From IMG/VR virus record IMGVR_UViG_3300045988_122441: a stretch of DNA of 64,000 bases. One strand, given 5' to 3'. Source of the stretch: a virus. This document shows positions 1-7,955 of this stretch, in pieces (the stretch's first letter is position 1; every line of letters starts with the position of its first letter). The notes beneath the pieces were generated by a model, which saw nothing but the letters and a program-made list of their open reading frames with translations, did no database searches and was not told where the DNA came from. The position numbers and the translations under genes are program-made.

Positions 1-49
1 ACAACAAGCCGACGATCTTTTCGTCGGTATGCTTACCTATGCTCGGCTT

Positions 50-78
50 CCGGGAGGACGACAACTCCTCCCGGTTTT
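50..78 (+). terminator. Rho-independent terminator
   Basis: 9-bp stem ccgggagga/tcctcccgg with a 7-nt loop, followed by TTTT. It lies just upstream of the RNase H RBS. Confidence 0.6.
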
Positions 79-99
79 ACAAAGTAAACGGAGGTCACT

Positions 100-744
100 A
101 TGGCTAAGAAGAAAAACAACTTTTATGCGGTGAAGAAAGGAAAGAATCCGGGGATATATAAAACCTGGTATGAATGTAGAGCGCAGGTTGAAGGCTTTAG
201 TGGCGCTCTATACAAAGGTTTCACAACCAGAAAAGAAGCTGAGAAGTATCTGAGTTGTAACAATACATCGGAAAAACAGGAGTTAAAAGAAGCTGATGTT
301 ACTATCTATGTTGATGGTAGCTTTGATGAACGATCCGGTGTTTATGGGTACGGGTGTGTTGTTATCAAAAATGATGGGGCTGTGGAAAAATATTACGGAG
401 CTGGTAATAATCCAGAATCAGTCAAGCTGAGAAATGTGGCAGGTGAGATGCTTGCCGCAATGAATGCAGTCAGATACGCAATGCAGAACGGATATAAATC
501 TGTGAATATTTGCTACGACTACAGTGGCATTGAGATGTGGGCTACTGGGGAATGGAAAACAAACAATGCATTAACAATGAAATACGCTCGTGCGATGCAG
601 GAGTGGGGAGAGAAAATCTCAATCATGTTTCAGAAAGTCGCAGCTCATACAGGTGTCGAATACAATGAAGCCGTAGATCAACTTGCAAAATTTGCGGTAA
701 GTAATTTTTGTAAGGAAAACGGTATAGGGAATGAAATGCGTTGA
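100..744 (+). CDS. Ribonuclease H (RNase HI type) with N-terminal hybrid-binding (Cauli_VI-like) domain
   Basis: The N-terminus FYAVKKGKNPGIYKTWYECRAQVEGFSGALYKGFTTRKEAEKYL is typical of the RNase H1 HBD. It is followed by IYVDGSF...GEMLAAMNAV...KVAAHTG..YNEAVDQLAK, an RNase H fold D-E-D-H/D pattern. RBS aacggagg is upstream. Confidence 0.85.
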   Translation: MAKKKNNFYAVKKGKNPGIYKTWYECRAQVEGFSGALYKGFTTRKEAEKYLSCNNTSEKQELKEADVTIYVDGSFDERSGVYGYGCVVIKNDGAVEKYYGAGNNPESVKLRNVAGEMLAAMNAVRYAMQNGYKSVNICYDYSGIEMWATGEWKTNNALTMKYARAMQEWGEKISIMFQKVAAHTGVEYNEAVDQLAKFAVSNFCKENGIGNEMR

Positions 745-779
745 GGCGCTAAGTGCGGGTTCGATTCCCGCCATTCCCT
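727..779 (+). other. Truncated tRNA-like element (7-bp acceptor stem plus T-arm only, 53 nt)
   Basis: gggaatg (727-733) is the perfect complement of cattccc (772-778). A canonical T-arm gcggg-ttcgatt-cccgc lies at 755-771. Only 21 nt separate the acceptor 5' strand from the T-arm, so no D-arm or normal anticodon arm fits. It overlaps the last codons of the RNase H gene. Confidence 0.35.
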
Positions 780-881
780 CTATCTCATAAATTGAAATGA
801 GATATGAGGAGGCTGTCCGAGATGTAAGAAACAGTCGGCTCGTGGGTTGCCGGTACAAATATGCTGAAAATCCACATGAAC

Positions 882-955
882 GGATCGTTAGCTCAGTTGG
901 TTAGAGCAATCGGCTCATAACCGATCGGTCATCCGTTCGAGTCGGATACGATCCA
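882..955 (+). tRNA. tRNA-Met (anticodon CAT); elongator type, or tRNA-Ile2 if lysidine-modified
   Basis: Hand-folded cloverleaf: acceptor ggatcgt/acgatcc, D arm gctc-agttggtta-gagc, anticodon arm atcgg-ctCATaa-ccgat, variable cggtc, T arm atccg-ttcgagt-cggat, discriminator A. The G1:C72 pair and the absence of a 3xGC anticodon stem argue against an initiator. Confidence 0.9.
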
Positions 956-984
956 TTGAATATTAGAAAAGGAGGAATTTTAAA

Positions 985-2592
985 ATGTTCAGACCAACCA
1001 TTAATTCAACGCCACTGACATCACAGACGGCGAACACTTTTTTCAGAAACATTGGTGGAGAAAGTTTCCACAATGATGTAACATTCATCTCTACATTGAG
1101 AGCATTAGTTGCATCAAGAGTTAGTGAGGGAGAAAGTGTATTTGTTGCATTTAGAAATACCAGCTATTCAAAAAACACTATCGAAGATAATCCGAGTCAT
1201 GCTGTATTAAACGCTATGTATGATCCGCGTGATTACGGAGAGGGAAGCATTATTATCCATAGCTTTGAAGGTAATGCATCAGATAATCTCGCATCGTTCA
1301 AAATTATCGAGAGAGAGTTTGCATCACATAATAGTGGATTTGAACGAATCGTGAAAGTGACCGAATTTTTCAGGAAAACTTTTTATTCTTTGTGCTATGT
1401 AAATCCGGCGGAGCGCAAGGTCGTTATCTTCGTAGACCATCTGAATATTCGCAGAATGCATTATTTACAGTGTGCGATATTCGCCTTTTTACCATGGTAT
1501 TTTGATCCGAATGCAGGAGTTACAGAAGATGAGATGGATTTGATTCAGTCTTTAAGAGAAACTACTCCGGAAAGATATATGGCAGCAATCTCAAAAATTG
1601 CATCTGCATACGATTTCAGAGGTATGCATATCAGAAATTCTCTGAAGGGATTTGAAACGATTTATGAAAAGCATCAGTGTGATTCTCTCAGAAGCAGTAT
1701 CCAGAGTTATATCAGAAAGATTAGAGATTATAACGACCAGATTGCTAATGTATTGAGAAATAAAAATGATGCGGAAATCAGGCTGATGGGGCTGGAAGAG
1801 AAAATCGCAAGACTTGAGGGAGAAGATTCTGAAATCATGGAATACTTCCTTTGCAACACAAAACTCGATTTGGAATATGTCAATGGTTCAGAACTGACAT
1901 TTGTTGTAAAAGATTACCTGATGTATTTCGATGAGGATATGGCAAAAACAATCATTGACAATAATAACAGCTATGTGTACAGACATTCAAGAAGCTTTGA
2001 CCGTGAAGATGTAAAAAAGCTGATGTATGCAATTTTCATCGATCAGGTGTTAAAACTTAGATTTTGCTGCGCTTATACTATCCGCCTTGGTGAAAGAGTA
2101 ACCGGTATGCGCGACTATAGCTATAACGAAAGCTGTGATACATACATCCCGAACCCACATATCGACCGCTTTAGTTGTCTCGGAAACTACGAGAGAACAA
2201 TGAATGAACGGTTGATGGACAACGATGCGATTGGTGCTATCGAGCAGTGTATCAGCTCATGTAAGAGTTTGAACTTCAGTGACAGCACAGTTATGGAAGT
2301 ATTTATGGATCGTATGTGTAGTAGAGATGGATACAGACATAATAAATGCATAGAGCTTCCAGACGGCAATATCGTGGATATGAAGGGTGCAATCGAATGG
2401 ATGAAAGAGCAGGAAAGAGCTGCTCAGGAAGCGGAAGCTCCAGAAGAAGAACAGGAAGAAACTTCAGTTGCTGAAGCACAGGAGCCGACAGAGGAAATTC
2501 CAGTTCCGGATGAAGAAACTGTAGACCACATCGATGAAGATGAAGAAATCGAAGATGACCTCGAATTACTCGAAGAGGATGAATTATTCTAA
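985..2592 (+). CDS. Hypothetical protein (535 aa) with central coiled-coil and strongly acidic C-terminal tail
   Basis: Long ORF with RBS aaaggagg 8 nt upstream. The C-terminus is E/D-rich (EEEQEETSVAEAQEPTEE...DEDEEIEDDLELLEEDELF). No motif was recognised with confidence. Confidence 0.7.
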   Translation: MFRPTINSTPLTSQTANTFFRNIGGESFHNDVTFISTLRALVASRVSEGESVFVAFRNTSYSKNTIEDNPSHAVLNAMYDPRDYGEGSIIIHSFEGNASDNLASFKIIEREFASHNSGFERIVKVTEFFRKTFYSLCYVNPAERKVVIFVDHLNIRRMHYLQCAIFAFLPWYFDPNAGVTEDEMDLIQSLRETTPERYMAAISKIASAYDFRGMHIRNSLKGFETIYEKHQCDSLRSSIQSYIRKIRDYNDQIANVLRNKNDAEIRLMGLEEKIARLEGEDSEIMEYFLCNTKLDLEYVNGSELTFVVKDYLMYFDEDMAKTIIDNNNSYVYRHSRSFDREDVKKLMYAIFIDQVLKLRFCCAYTIRLGERVTGMRDYSYNESCDTYIPNPHIDRFSCLGNYERTMNERLMDNDAIGAIEQCISSCKSLNFSDSTVMEVFMDRMCSRDGYRHNKCIELPDGNIVDMKGAIEWMKEQERAAQEAEAPEEEQEETSVAEAQEPTEEIPVPDEETVDHIDEDEEIEDDLELLEEDELF

Positions 2593-2605
2593 GGAGAGAA
2601 TGAAT

Positions 2606-3550
2606 ATGAGTAAACTGATTAAATTGCCGCAGGATATTCTCGATCAGTATACAAAGGAGTTTTATGAAACTCTGAGATCGGGAAAATTTTCAGATGGGAA
2701 GGTAAACTTTACAAAGACACTTGGGACTGTTGATCGAAAAGCAACAGTCCTTTTTACTAAGATGGCATGGGAGAAAATGCAGCTGCTTGTTAAAGAATTT
2801 GATAAGGAAGTTGCATGGCATGGAATTGCAGAGAGATGCGAAGAGAAAGATACATATCTGATTTCAGACATCCTTGTTTATCCACAGGAAGTAACGGGTT
2901 CTACAGTTACAACAGATCAGTCCAAATACGAAAACTGGCTTATGTCACACGATGACGAAGTGTTTAATAACATTAGAATGCAGGGGCATTCACATGTAAA
3001 TATGGCGGTAAGCCCATCAAGTGTGGATTTGAGTCTGTACGAACGAATTCTGGATCAGCTCAGTAGCGATATGTTCTATATCTTCATGATTTGGAACAAG
3101 CGTGGTGAAAAGACTGTAAAAATCTATGATCTCAGAGAGAATATCCTGTTTGAAACAGCAGATGTCACAGTGACTATCAAAGGTATGGAAGATATGACGG
3201 AATTCCTTGAAGAGGCAAAGGAATTGGTCGTGACAAAAACATACAATTATGGCGGATACGGAACCGGTGCCCATCCATATCATTATCCGGGCTATGGAGC
3301 TGCAAAAAGAGATGAGTCGAAAGGCGGTGCAAGCCTGGGAAAACATCAGCCCCTTGTGTCAACAGGTAAGAAAAGCAAAGGGCGCAAGGGGAAACGTAAG
3401 AAAGACAAATCAACTGGAAAACAGATGAGCATGGCTGATTATGGATATCCCGGTTGTGGCGATGATGACTATGATGACACAGATATTCATGGCGGAGTCA
3501 ATGGATATAACGACGAATACTGGAGACGCCAGTATGGGTTCGACTATTAA
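2606..3550 (+). CDS. JAB/MPN (JAMM) metalloprotease-domain protein with Gly/Lys-rich C-terminal extension
   Basis: Complete JAMM signature: upstream Glu (EVAWHGIAER) plus GHSHVNMAVSPSSVD, which matches H-x-H-x7-S-x2-D. The start was chosen at the ATG with RBS aaggag 9 nt upstream; the track ORF begins earlier, inside the upstream gene. Confidence 0.8.
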   Translation: MSKLIKLPQDILDQYTKEFYETLRSGKFSDGKVNFTKTLGTVDRKATVLFTKMAWEKMQLLVKEFDKEVAWHGIAERCEEKDTYLISDILVYPQEVTGSTVTTDQSKYENWLMSHDDEVFNNIRMQGHSHVNMAVSPSSVDLSLYERILDQLSSDMFYIFMIWNKRGEKTVKIYDLRENILFETADVTVTIKGMEDMTEFLEEAKELVVTKTYNYGGYGTGAHPYHYPGYGAAKRDESKGGASLGKHQPLVSTGKKSKGRKGKRKKDKSTGKQMSMADYGYPGCGDDDYDDTDIHGGVNGYNDEYWRRQYGFDY

Positions 3551-3563
3551 GGTGGTGAAATGA

Positions 3564-4052
3564 ATGACCAGAGAAGAATTTCAAGAGAATGTAAATAGCT
3601 GGTACGACCTTAGAGAGTTTTGTAATGAATATGGCTGCGAGGTATGCAGTGATATTTATTCACAGGACGAAATGGACGAGGAAATCGATAATAGTATCGT
3701 AGATATGGCAAGAGAAGCGACGGATTGGAGAGATTTATTATCGAAATTAGAGGACATTCCTACTGAAGATGAGTATTACATAAAGAATGGATATGGTGAT
3801 TTCACGGAAGTAGATGAAGAAGATTTCGATTATCACAAAGATGATGTCTTTGATTGGGCTGAGAATGAAGGTGTCTTCGACGAGGAAGATGAAGAGGATG
3901 AAGAGCCAGAGGAAGAATCAGAAGAAGATATCGAAGAACCGGAGGAACCAGAAGACCCTGATGATGGATATGAGGTAGGAAATGAGGAAATGTCTATCGC
4001 AGAACTTTTCGTTGTACCGAACAATGGAAAAAGAGGAATATATAACGTTTAA
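3564..4052 (+). CDS. Hypothetical highly acidic protein
   Basis: ORF with RBS aaggtggtg. It contains long runs of D/E (EEDEEDEEPEEESEEDIEEPEEPEDPDD). Confidence 0.6.
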   Translation: MTREEFQENVNSWYDLREFCNEYGCEVCSDIYSQDEMDEEIDNSIVDMAREATDWRDLLSKLEDIPTEDEYYIKNGYGDFTEVDEEDFDYHKDDVFDWAENEGVFDEEDEEDEEPEEESEEDIEEPEEPEDPDDGYEVGNEEMSIAELFVVPNNGKRGIYNV

Positions 4053-4067
4053 ACTAAGGAGGATAAC

Positions 4068-4739
4068 ATGGATTTAAGTAAATCATATGAATTTTTTCAG
4101 CCAGAGAAGGATAAAGCAAGAATCCACATCGTAGGATGTGGTTCCGTTGGATCAACAGTTGCAGAAAACCTTGCAAGATGCGGTGTAACAAAGATAACTC
4201 TGTATGACTTTGATAAAGTTGAACCGCATAATATCGTAAACCAGATGTTCGATCAGAACGACGTAGGAAGACTGAAGGTGGATGCACTGAAGGATATCCT
4301 TACAGACATCAATCCAGAAATCGCAGATCAGATCGAGGTGAAACCAGAAGGATGGCAGGGAAAATTAATGTCTGGATACATCTTCCTGTGTGTGGATAGC
4401 ATCGAACTGAGAAGAGAGATCGTTGAAAAGCATATGGACAGCCCGTATGTAAAAGCGGTATTTGATTTCAGAACCCTTCTTGAAAGCGCACAGCATTATG
4501 CAGCTGACTGGTCTGATTCCAAAATGAAGAAAGACCTGCTGAACTCGATGCAGTTCTCACACGATGAAGCTAAGGATGAAACCCCTGTATCTGCTTGTGG
4601 TGTAACTCTTGGCGTAGCAACAACAGTGCGATTGATTTCAGCTCTTGGAGTGAACAATTACATTAACTTCGTAAAAGGAGAAGGAATCAAGAAGATGATT
4701 ATCATGGACGGGTTCAAATTTGACCTTCTGGCATTCTAG
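4068..4739 (+). CDS. ThiF/MoeB/E1-like adenylation-domain protein (short, no catalytic-Cys domain)
   Basis: IHIVGCGSVGSTVAENLARCGVTKITLYDFDKVEPHNIVNQMF matches the Rossmann GxGxxG plus D-x-D...N..RQ pattern of E1/ThiF adenylation domains. The protein is only 223 aa. Confidence 0.8.
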   Translation: MDLSKSYEFFQPEKDKARIHIVGCGSVGSTVAENLARCGVTKITLYDFDKVEPHNIVNQMFDQNDVGRLKVDALKDILTDINPEIADQIEVKPEGWQGKLMSGYIFLCVDSIELRREIVEKHMDSPYVKAVFDFRTLLESAQHYAADWSDSKMKKDLLNSMQFSHDEAKDETPVSACGVTLGVATTVRLISALGVNNYINFVKGEGIKKMIIMDGFKFDLLAF

Positions 4740-4741
4740 TC

Positions 4742-4942
4742 ATGAGGGATAAGCAAAGGATTGACCCGTTCTGTGAAGTCTTATCGGCTGAGTGGAAAAG
4801 AATACCAGACATGAGATTTGGTCAGTTAATGTATAACTTCTTTCACGATGAGTATAACTCTGATCCATTTTATATAGAAGATGCTGAACTGATTAGTAGA
4901 TTTCAAGCATACGTCGATAAGATCAGCAAGAATGTGTATTAA
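4742..4942 (+). CDS. Hypothetical small protein (66 aa)
   Basis: ORF starts 2 nt after the E1-like gene stop and is followed by a strong terminator. Confidence 0.5.
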   Translation: MRDKQRIDPFCEVLSAEWKRIPDMRFGQLMYNFFHDEYNSDPFYIEDAELISRFQAYVDKISKNVY

Positions 4943-4951
4943 AAGTGAATG

Positions 4952-4978
4952 AACCGCCACCTTGCGTGGCGGTTTTTA
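4952..4978 (+). terminator. Rho-independent terminator
   Basis: Stem accgccac/gtggcggt with loop cttgc, followed by TTTTT. Confidence 0.8.
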
Positions 4979-4980
4979 TA

Positions 4981-5268
4981 AAGAACATGCAATGATATTT
5001 ACCTCTTTGAGGTAGCTTCTTACTGTCAGTGGAAGTAACAACTTGATAAGGAAAAGAACAGAGGCGACAGAGAAAGCGGAGCACGCCGGAAGAACGTCGA
5101 ACTTCAGAATCAACTGATTCTGTCGAACGATCCAAATAACAAATTACCAAGTTAAAAACAACTAATGAACTGGTTATCAACGGATTACACTACCTGAGAA
5201 AATAAATACATGTCAGGAGGAGATCATCCGGGATACAGCCCATACATACATTAGATTGCGAAGTTCTT
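4981..5268 (+). ncRNA. Structured element A of a 4-member paralogous family (candidate RT-associated ncRNA)
   Basis: Closing helix aagaac-at-gcaat (4981-4993) pairs with attgc-gaa-gttctt (5255-5268). Invariant G at 4994. Hairpin 1 is tacctc-ttt-gaggta (5000-5014). Hairpin 2 is cttc-tt-act-gtc-agt-g-gaag. The 3' motif catacattag is conserved. It ends 13 nt before the RT start codon. Confidence 0.7.
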
Positions 5269-5281
5269 GAAAGGAGAAGAT

Positions 5282-6421
5282 ATGTACTACATTACAGTAA
5301 AACAGCCTCCATCATACCATCAGATGACATTAGAAGAGTTTCTTTTTGGAGGTAACGTACAACCAGAATTAATCAATGAAAATCTTACGAATACCAGAAC
5401 ATATGAGGTTGAAAATGTAAGCGAAAGATTTCTTCAGCTTGTTGATATAGATAAGCTTATTGCCAGACTTGTGTGGTTTAATGAGAGAACCGAATACTTA
5501 CGAGAGAAGCCAAGACGTGAATGGTATTATGAGTTCTACATTCCAAAAAAGAGTGGCGGTCTTAGAAAAATAGATGCACCAGAACCGGAATTAAAAGAAG
5601 CACTTAGCACGCTGAAGAATATTTTTGAGATAGATTTTAAAGCACTTTATCATACATCTGCGTTCGCATATATAAAGAAGAGAAGCACTCTTGATCTGCT
5701 GAAGCGTCATCAGGCAAACGAGAGTAAATGGTTTGAGAAATTGGACTTATCTAATTTCTTTGGAAGTACAACAATGGAATGGGTTCTCCATATGTTTTCA
5801 ATGGTTTTCCCATTCTCAGAAGTTATGAAAGACGAAAAAGGTAAGGCAGAACTTACAAAAGCACTTGAACTCGGATTCCTGGATGGCGGTCTTCCACAGG
5901 GGACTCCATTGTCACCAACTGTTACGAATATCATGATGATTCCGGTTGATTTCAAAGTTGCCAGAGAATTAAGGGAACATAATCATCAGAGATTTGTATA
6001 TACCAGATATGCTGATGATTTTCAGATTTCATCTAAATATAGTTTCAGTTTCATGGAAATCCAGAATGTAATAGTGTCTATCTTAAAGGATTTCGATGCA
6101 CCGTTTACAATCAAGAGTGAAAAGACACGATACGGATCATCGGCGGGACAGAACTGGAATCTCGGTCTTATGTTAAATAAGGACAACGAGATTACAGTAG
6201 GTCATAAGAAAAAGAGACAGTTCCAGGCAATGCTTTCTTCCTATATTATGGACAGGAAAAATGGAATTGCTTGGGATAAAAATGATATTCAGACAATGGA
6301 TGGGTATCGAAACTATTACCGAATGGTTGAGCCGGAAACGATTGATGGAATCGTTAGACATCTCAGCGAAAAATTCGGTGTTGATATCATAAAAGCAATT
6401 AAGGAAGACCTTACGGCTTAG
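5282..6421 (+). CDS. Reverse transcriptase, RT domain only (retron/retron-like type)
   Basis: RT motifs in order: YIPKKSGGLRKIDAP (1), SAFAYIKKRS, KLDLSNFFGST (A), GLPQGTPLSPTVTN (B), YTRYADDFQISS (C, YADD), IKSEKTRYG (D), NLGLMLNKDNEITVGHKKKRQF (E). No maturase, endonuclease or other fused domain. The start was taken at the ATG with RBS aaaggagaag. Confidence 0.85.
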   Translation: MYYITVKQPPSYHQMTLEEFLFGGNVQPELINENLTNTRTYEVENVSERFLQLVDIDKLIARLVWFNERTEYLREKPRREWYYEFYIPKKSGGLRKIDAPEPELKEALSTLKNIFEIDFKALYHTSAFAYIKKRSTLDLLKRHQANESKWFEKLDLSNFFGSTTMEWVLHMFSMVFPFSEVMKDEKGKAELTKALELGFLDGGLPQGTPLSPTVTNIMMIPVDFKVARELREHNHQRFVYTRYADDFQISSKYSFSFMEIQNVIVSILKDFDAPFTIKSEKTRYGSSAGQNWNLGLMLNKDNEITVGHKKKRQFQAMLSSYIMDRKNGIAWDKNDIQTMDGYRNYYRMVEPETIDGIVRHLSEKFGVDIIKAIKEDLTA

Positions 6422-6478
6422 GCTGTAGGTCTTCTGAGGTATTAAAAGGTATAAATAGGCATCATTTAGGAGAATATT

Positions 6479-6700
6479 ATGCTATATGGTAACGATGACA
6501 TTAAAGTAGATGGCGAGGACTATGCTATAGCATTACGCAATCTTGAACAAAAATATGGTTATGATGAGGATATCGAAACGATAATTAAAATGTGTAAGCA
6601 ATGGGAAAATAGTTTTCATAAATTAGAGAACAGATATCACAAATTAGTTATGGAAACAGCTATATTTGAAGCAAAAATCCGTAAAATCACAGCGGAATAA
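6479..6700 (+). CDS. Hypothetical small coiled-coil protein (73 aa)
   Basis: ORF with RBS aggaga 7 nt upstream, immediately downstream of the RT. Confidence 0.5.
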   Translation: MLYGNDDIKVDGEDYAIALRNLEQKYGYDEDIETIIKMCKQWENSFHKLENRYHKLVMETAIFEAKIRKITAE

Positions 6701-6739
6701 TCATCAATATTTATATCTAACTATAACAAGAAAATAAAA

Positions 6740-7001
6740 TCTATGCAATGAAATTACTGTTTTACAGTGCTTTTAGCTGTCAGCGAAAGTAACACCTTGA
6801 GAAGGAAAAGAACCACCTCCCAGCCAGCTGCCACGAGCTTCCTTCCAGGATCCAAACAAACAATATCAGAATCACTAGACATCAACATAATCCAACCACT
6901 GATTATCAATCACCTACAAATAGGAAATGTTCAAAGAACTAGATAACCAGTGAGATGCTCCTGAATTCTCAAGAAGACATACATACATTAGATTGCATAG
7001 A
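6740..7001 (+). ncRNA. Structured element B of the 4-member family
   Basis: 10-bp closing helix tctatgcaat (6740-6749) / attgcataga (6992-7001). G at 6750. Hairpin 1 is actgt-ttt-acagt. Hairpin 2 is cttt-ta-gct-gtc-agc-g-aaag. 3' motif catacattag. Confidence 0.7.
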
Positions 7002-7004
7002 AGC

Positions 7005-7292
7005 AAATGTACAATGAAATTATATCCTTTGGATATGCTTTTAGCCGTTGGCGGAAGTGACAACTTGATAGGGAAAGGAGAAGAGCACCCCGTGCTGCTG
7101 AGGCGCCTAAATCATGATCTTCAGATCCTGGTAAGGTTCCGAACAATATCAAACGAAGATAAAATCACGATAACGTCCTGATAATCAATAAGTTCATACG
7201 CAATCTTCACTCATTTCTGCAAATCAAAGATCTGCGTAGCTAAGCTGAAGACTCATCGAGGACATCACCATCGTACATCAGATTGTACATTT
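7005..7292 (+). ncRNA. Structured element C of the 4-member family (3 nt after element B)
   Basis: 11-bp closing helix aaatgtacaat (7005-7015) / attgtacattt (7282-7292). G at 7016. Hairpin 1 is atatcc-ttt-ggatat. Hairpin 2 inner stem is gcc-gtt-ggc. 3' motif gtacatcag. The 62-aa track ORF inside it has no RBS. Confidence 0.7.
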
Positions 7293-7322
7293 TGGATAAA
7301 TTATATTCAAGGAGGATAGAAT

Positions 7323-7781
7323 ATGTATTTTAACACAAACATCAATTTAATAAGGGTTCCTAGAGTATTCAGTGGCTCTCATCCAAACGAGGATAAGATG
7401 AATGCATGTAGAGCCTACTATAGAGAAAATCACAAAATCGATAGAGATATCGTGGTTGACGAAAATATGCAGCTCAAGGATGGATACATCGGATATCTGG
7501 TTTTGAAAGAAAACAACGAGTCTGTAATTGGAGTCAAACAGACGGAATCAGGTAAAACGACTCTTGTATATGGAGTTCATCCAGGCGTAGACAAAGAGTA
7601 TTGCTGGAAAGTAGTTGATGATACAGAGGATAGACTGAATCTTAATGTTGGATCACATGCTATTGTAAGAACAAAATTCGGAGATGAAGAAATTCTTATC
7701 ACAAGAATTGAGCGTGTTTCCAAGGCTAAGAAGAAAAAGATGGGACACTTAAAAAGAGTCGTAAGATGTCTGGCGGAGTAA
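7323..7781 (+). CDS. Hypothetical protein with ParB-N-like 'L-x-DGY' segment followed by a small beta-rich module
   Basis: RBS aaggagga. IVVDENMQLKDGYIGYLVLKENN resembles the ParB/sulfiredoxin-type DGxxR/Y segment. The C-terminal KEYCWKVVDD..VGSHAIVRTKFGDEEILITRI recurs at the N-terminus of ORF 18058-18513. Confidence 0.6.
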   Translation: MYFNTNINLIRVPRVFSGSHPNEDKMNACRAYYRENHKIDRDIVVDENMQLKDGYIGYLVLKENNESVIGVKQTESGKTTLVYGVHPGVDKEYCWKVVDDTEDRLNLNVGSHAIVRTKFGDEEILITRIERVSKAKKKKMGHLKRVVRCLAE

Positions 7782-7955
7782 CAGTATGAGATGTGTTTAC
7801 TTAGAAAAGAAAGAATTTCTTTCAAACGAAGACAGACGTATTCATACAGCTTGCATATGCAGAAATAAAAAGTGTGCGAAATATAAAACTTTTAGCCTGG
7901 ATAAAGCATACATATGCGGAAATTGCTTGCTTCATGCTAAGGAAAGAGAGGAACA

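Noticed and set aside
727-779. A complete tRNA gene overlapping the RNase H 3' end.
   Set aside because: Only 21 nt lie between the acceptor 5' strand and the T-arm, so D and anticodon arms cannot both be formed. It is reported only as a tRNA-like minihelix.
5282-6421. The reverse transcriptase might belong to a diversity-generating retroelement or a group II intron.
   Set aside because: The catalytic box is YADD, and I found no TR/VR repeat pair with adenine-specific differences nearby. There is no maturase (X) or endonuclease domain, and no domain V-like RNA motif flanking the ORF.
6993-7181. 62-aa ORF from the track.
   Set aside because: It lies entirely inside structured element C, has no RBS, and its sequence is the conserved hairpin region shared with the other three non-coding copies.
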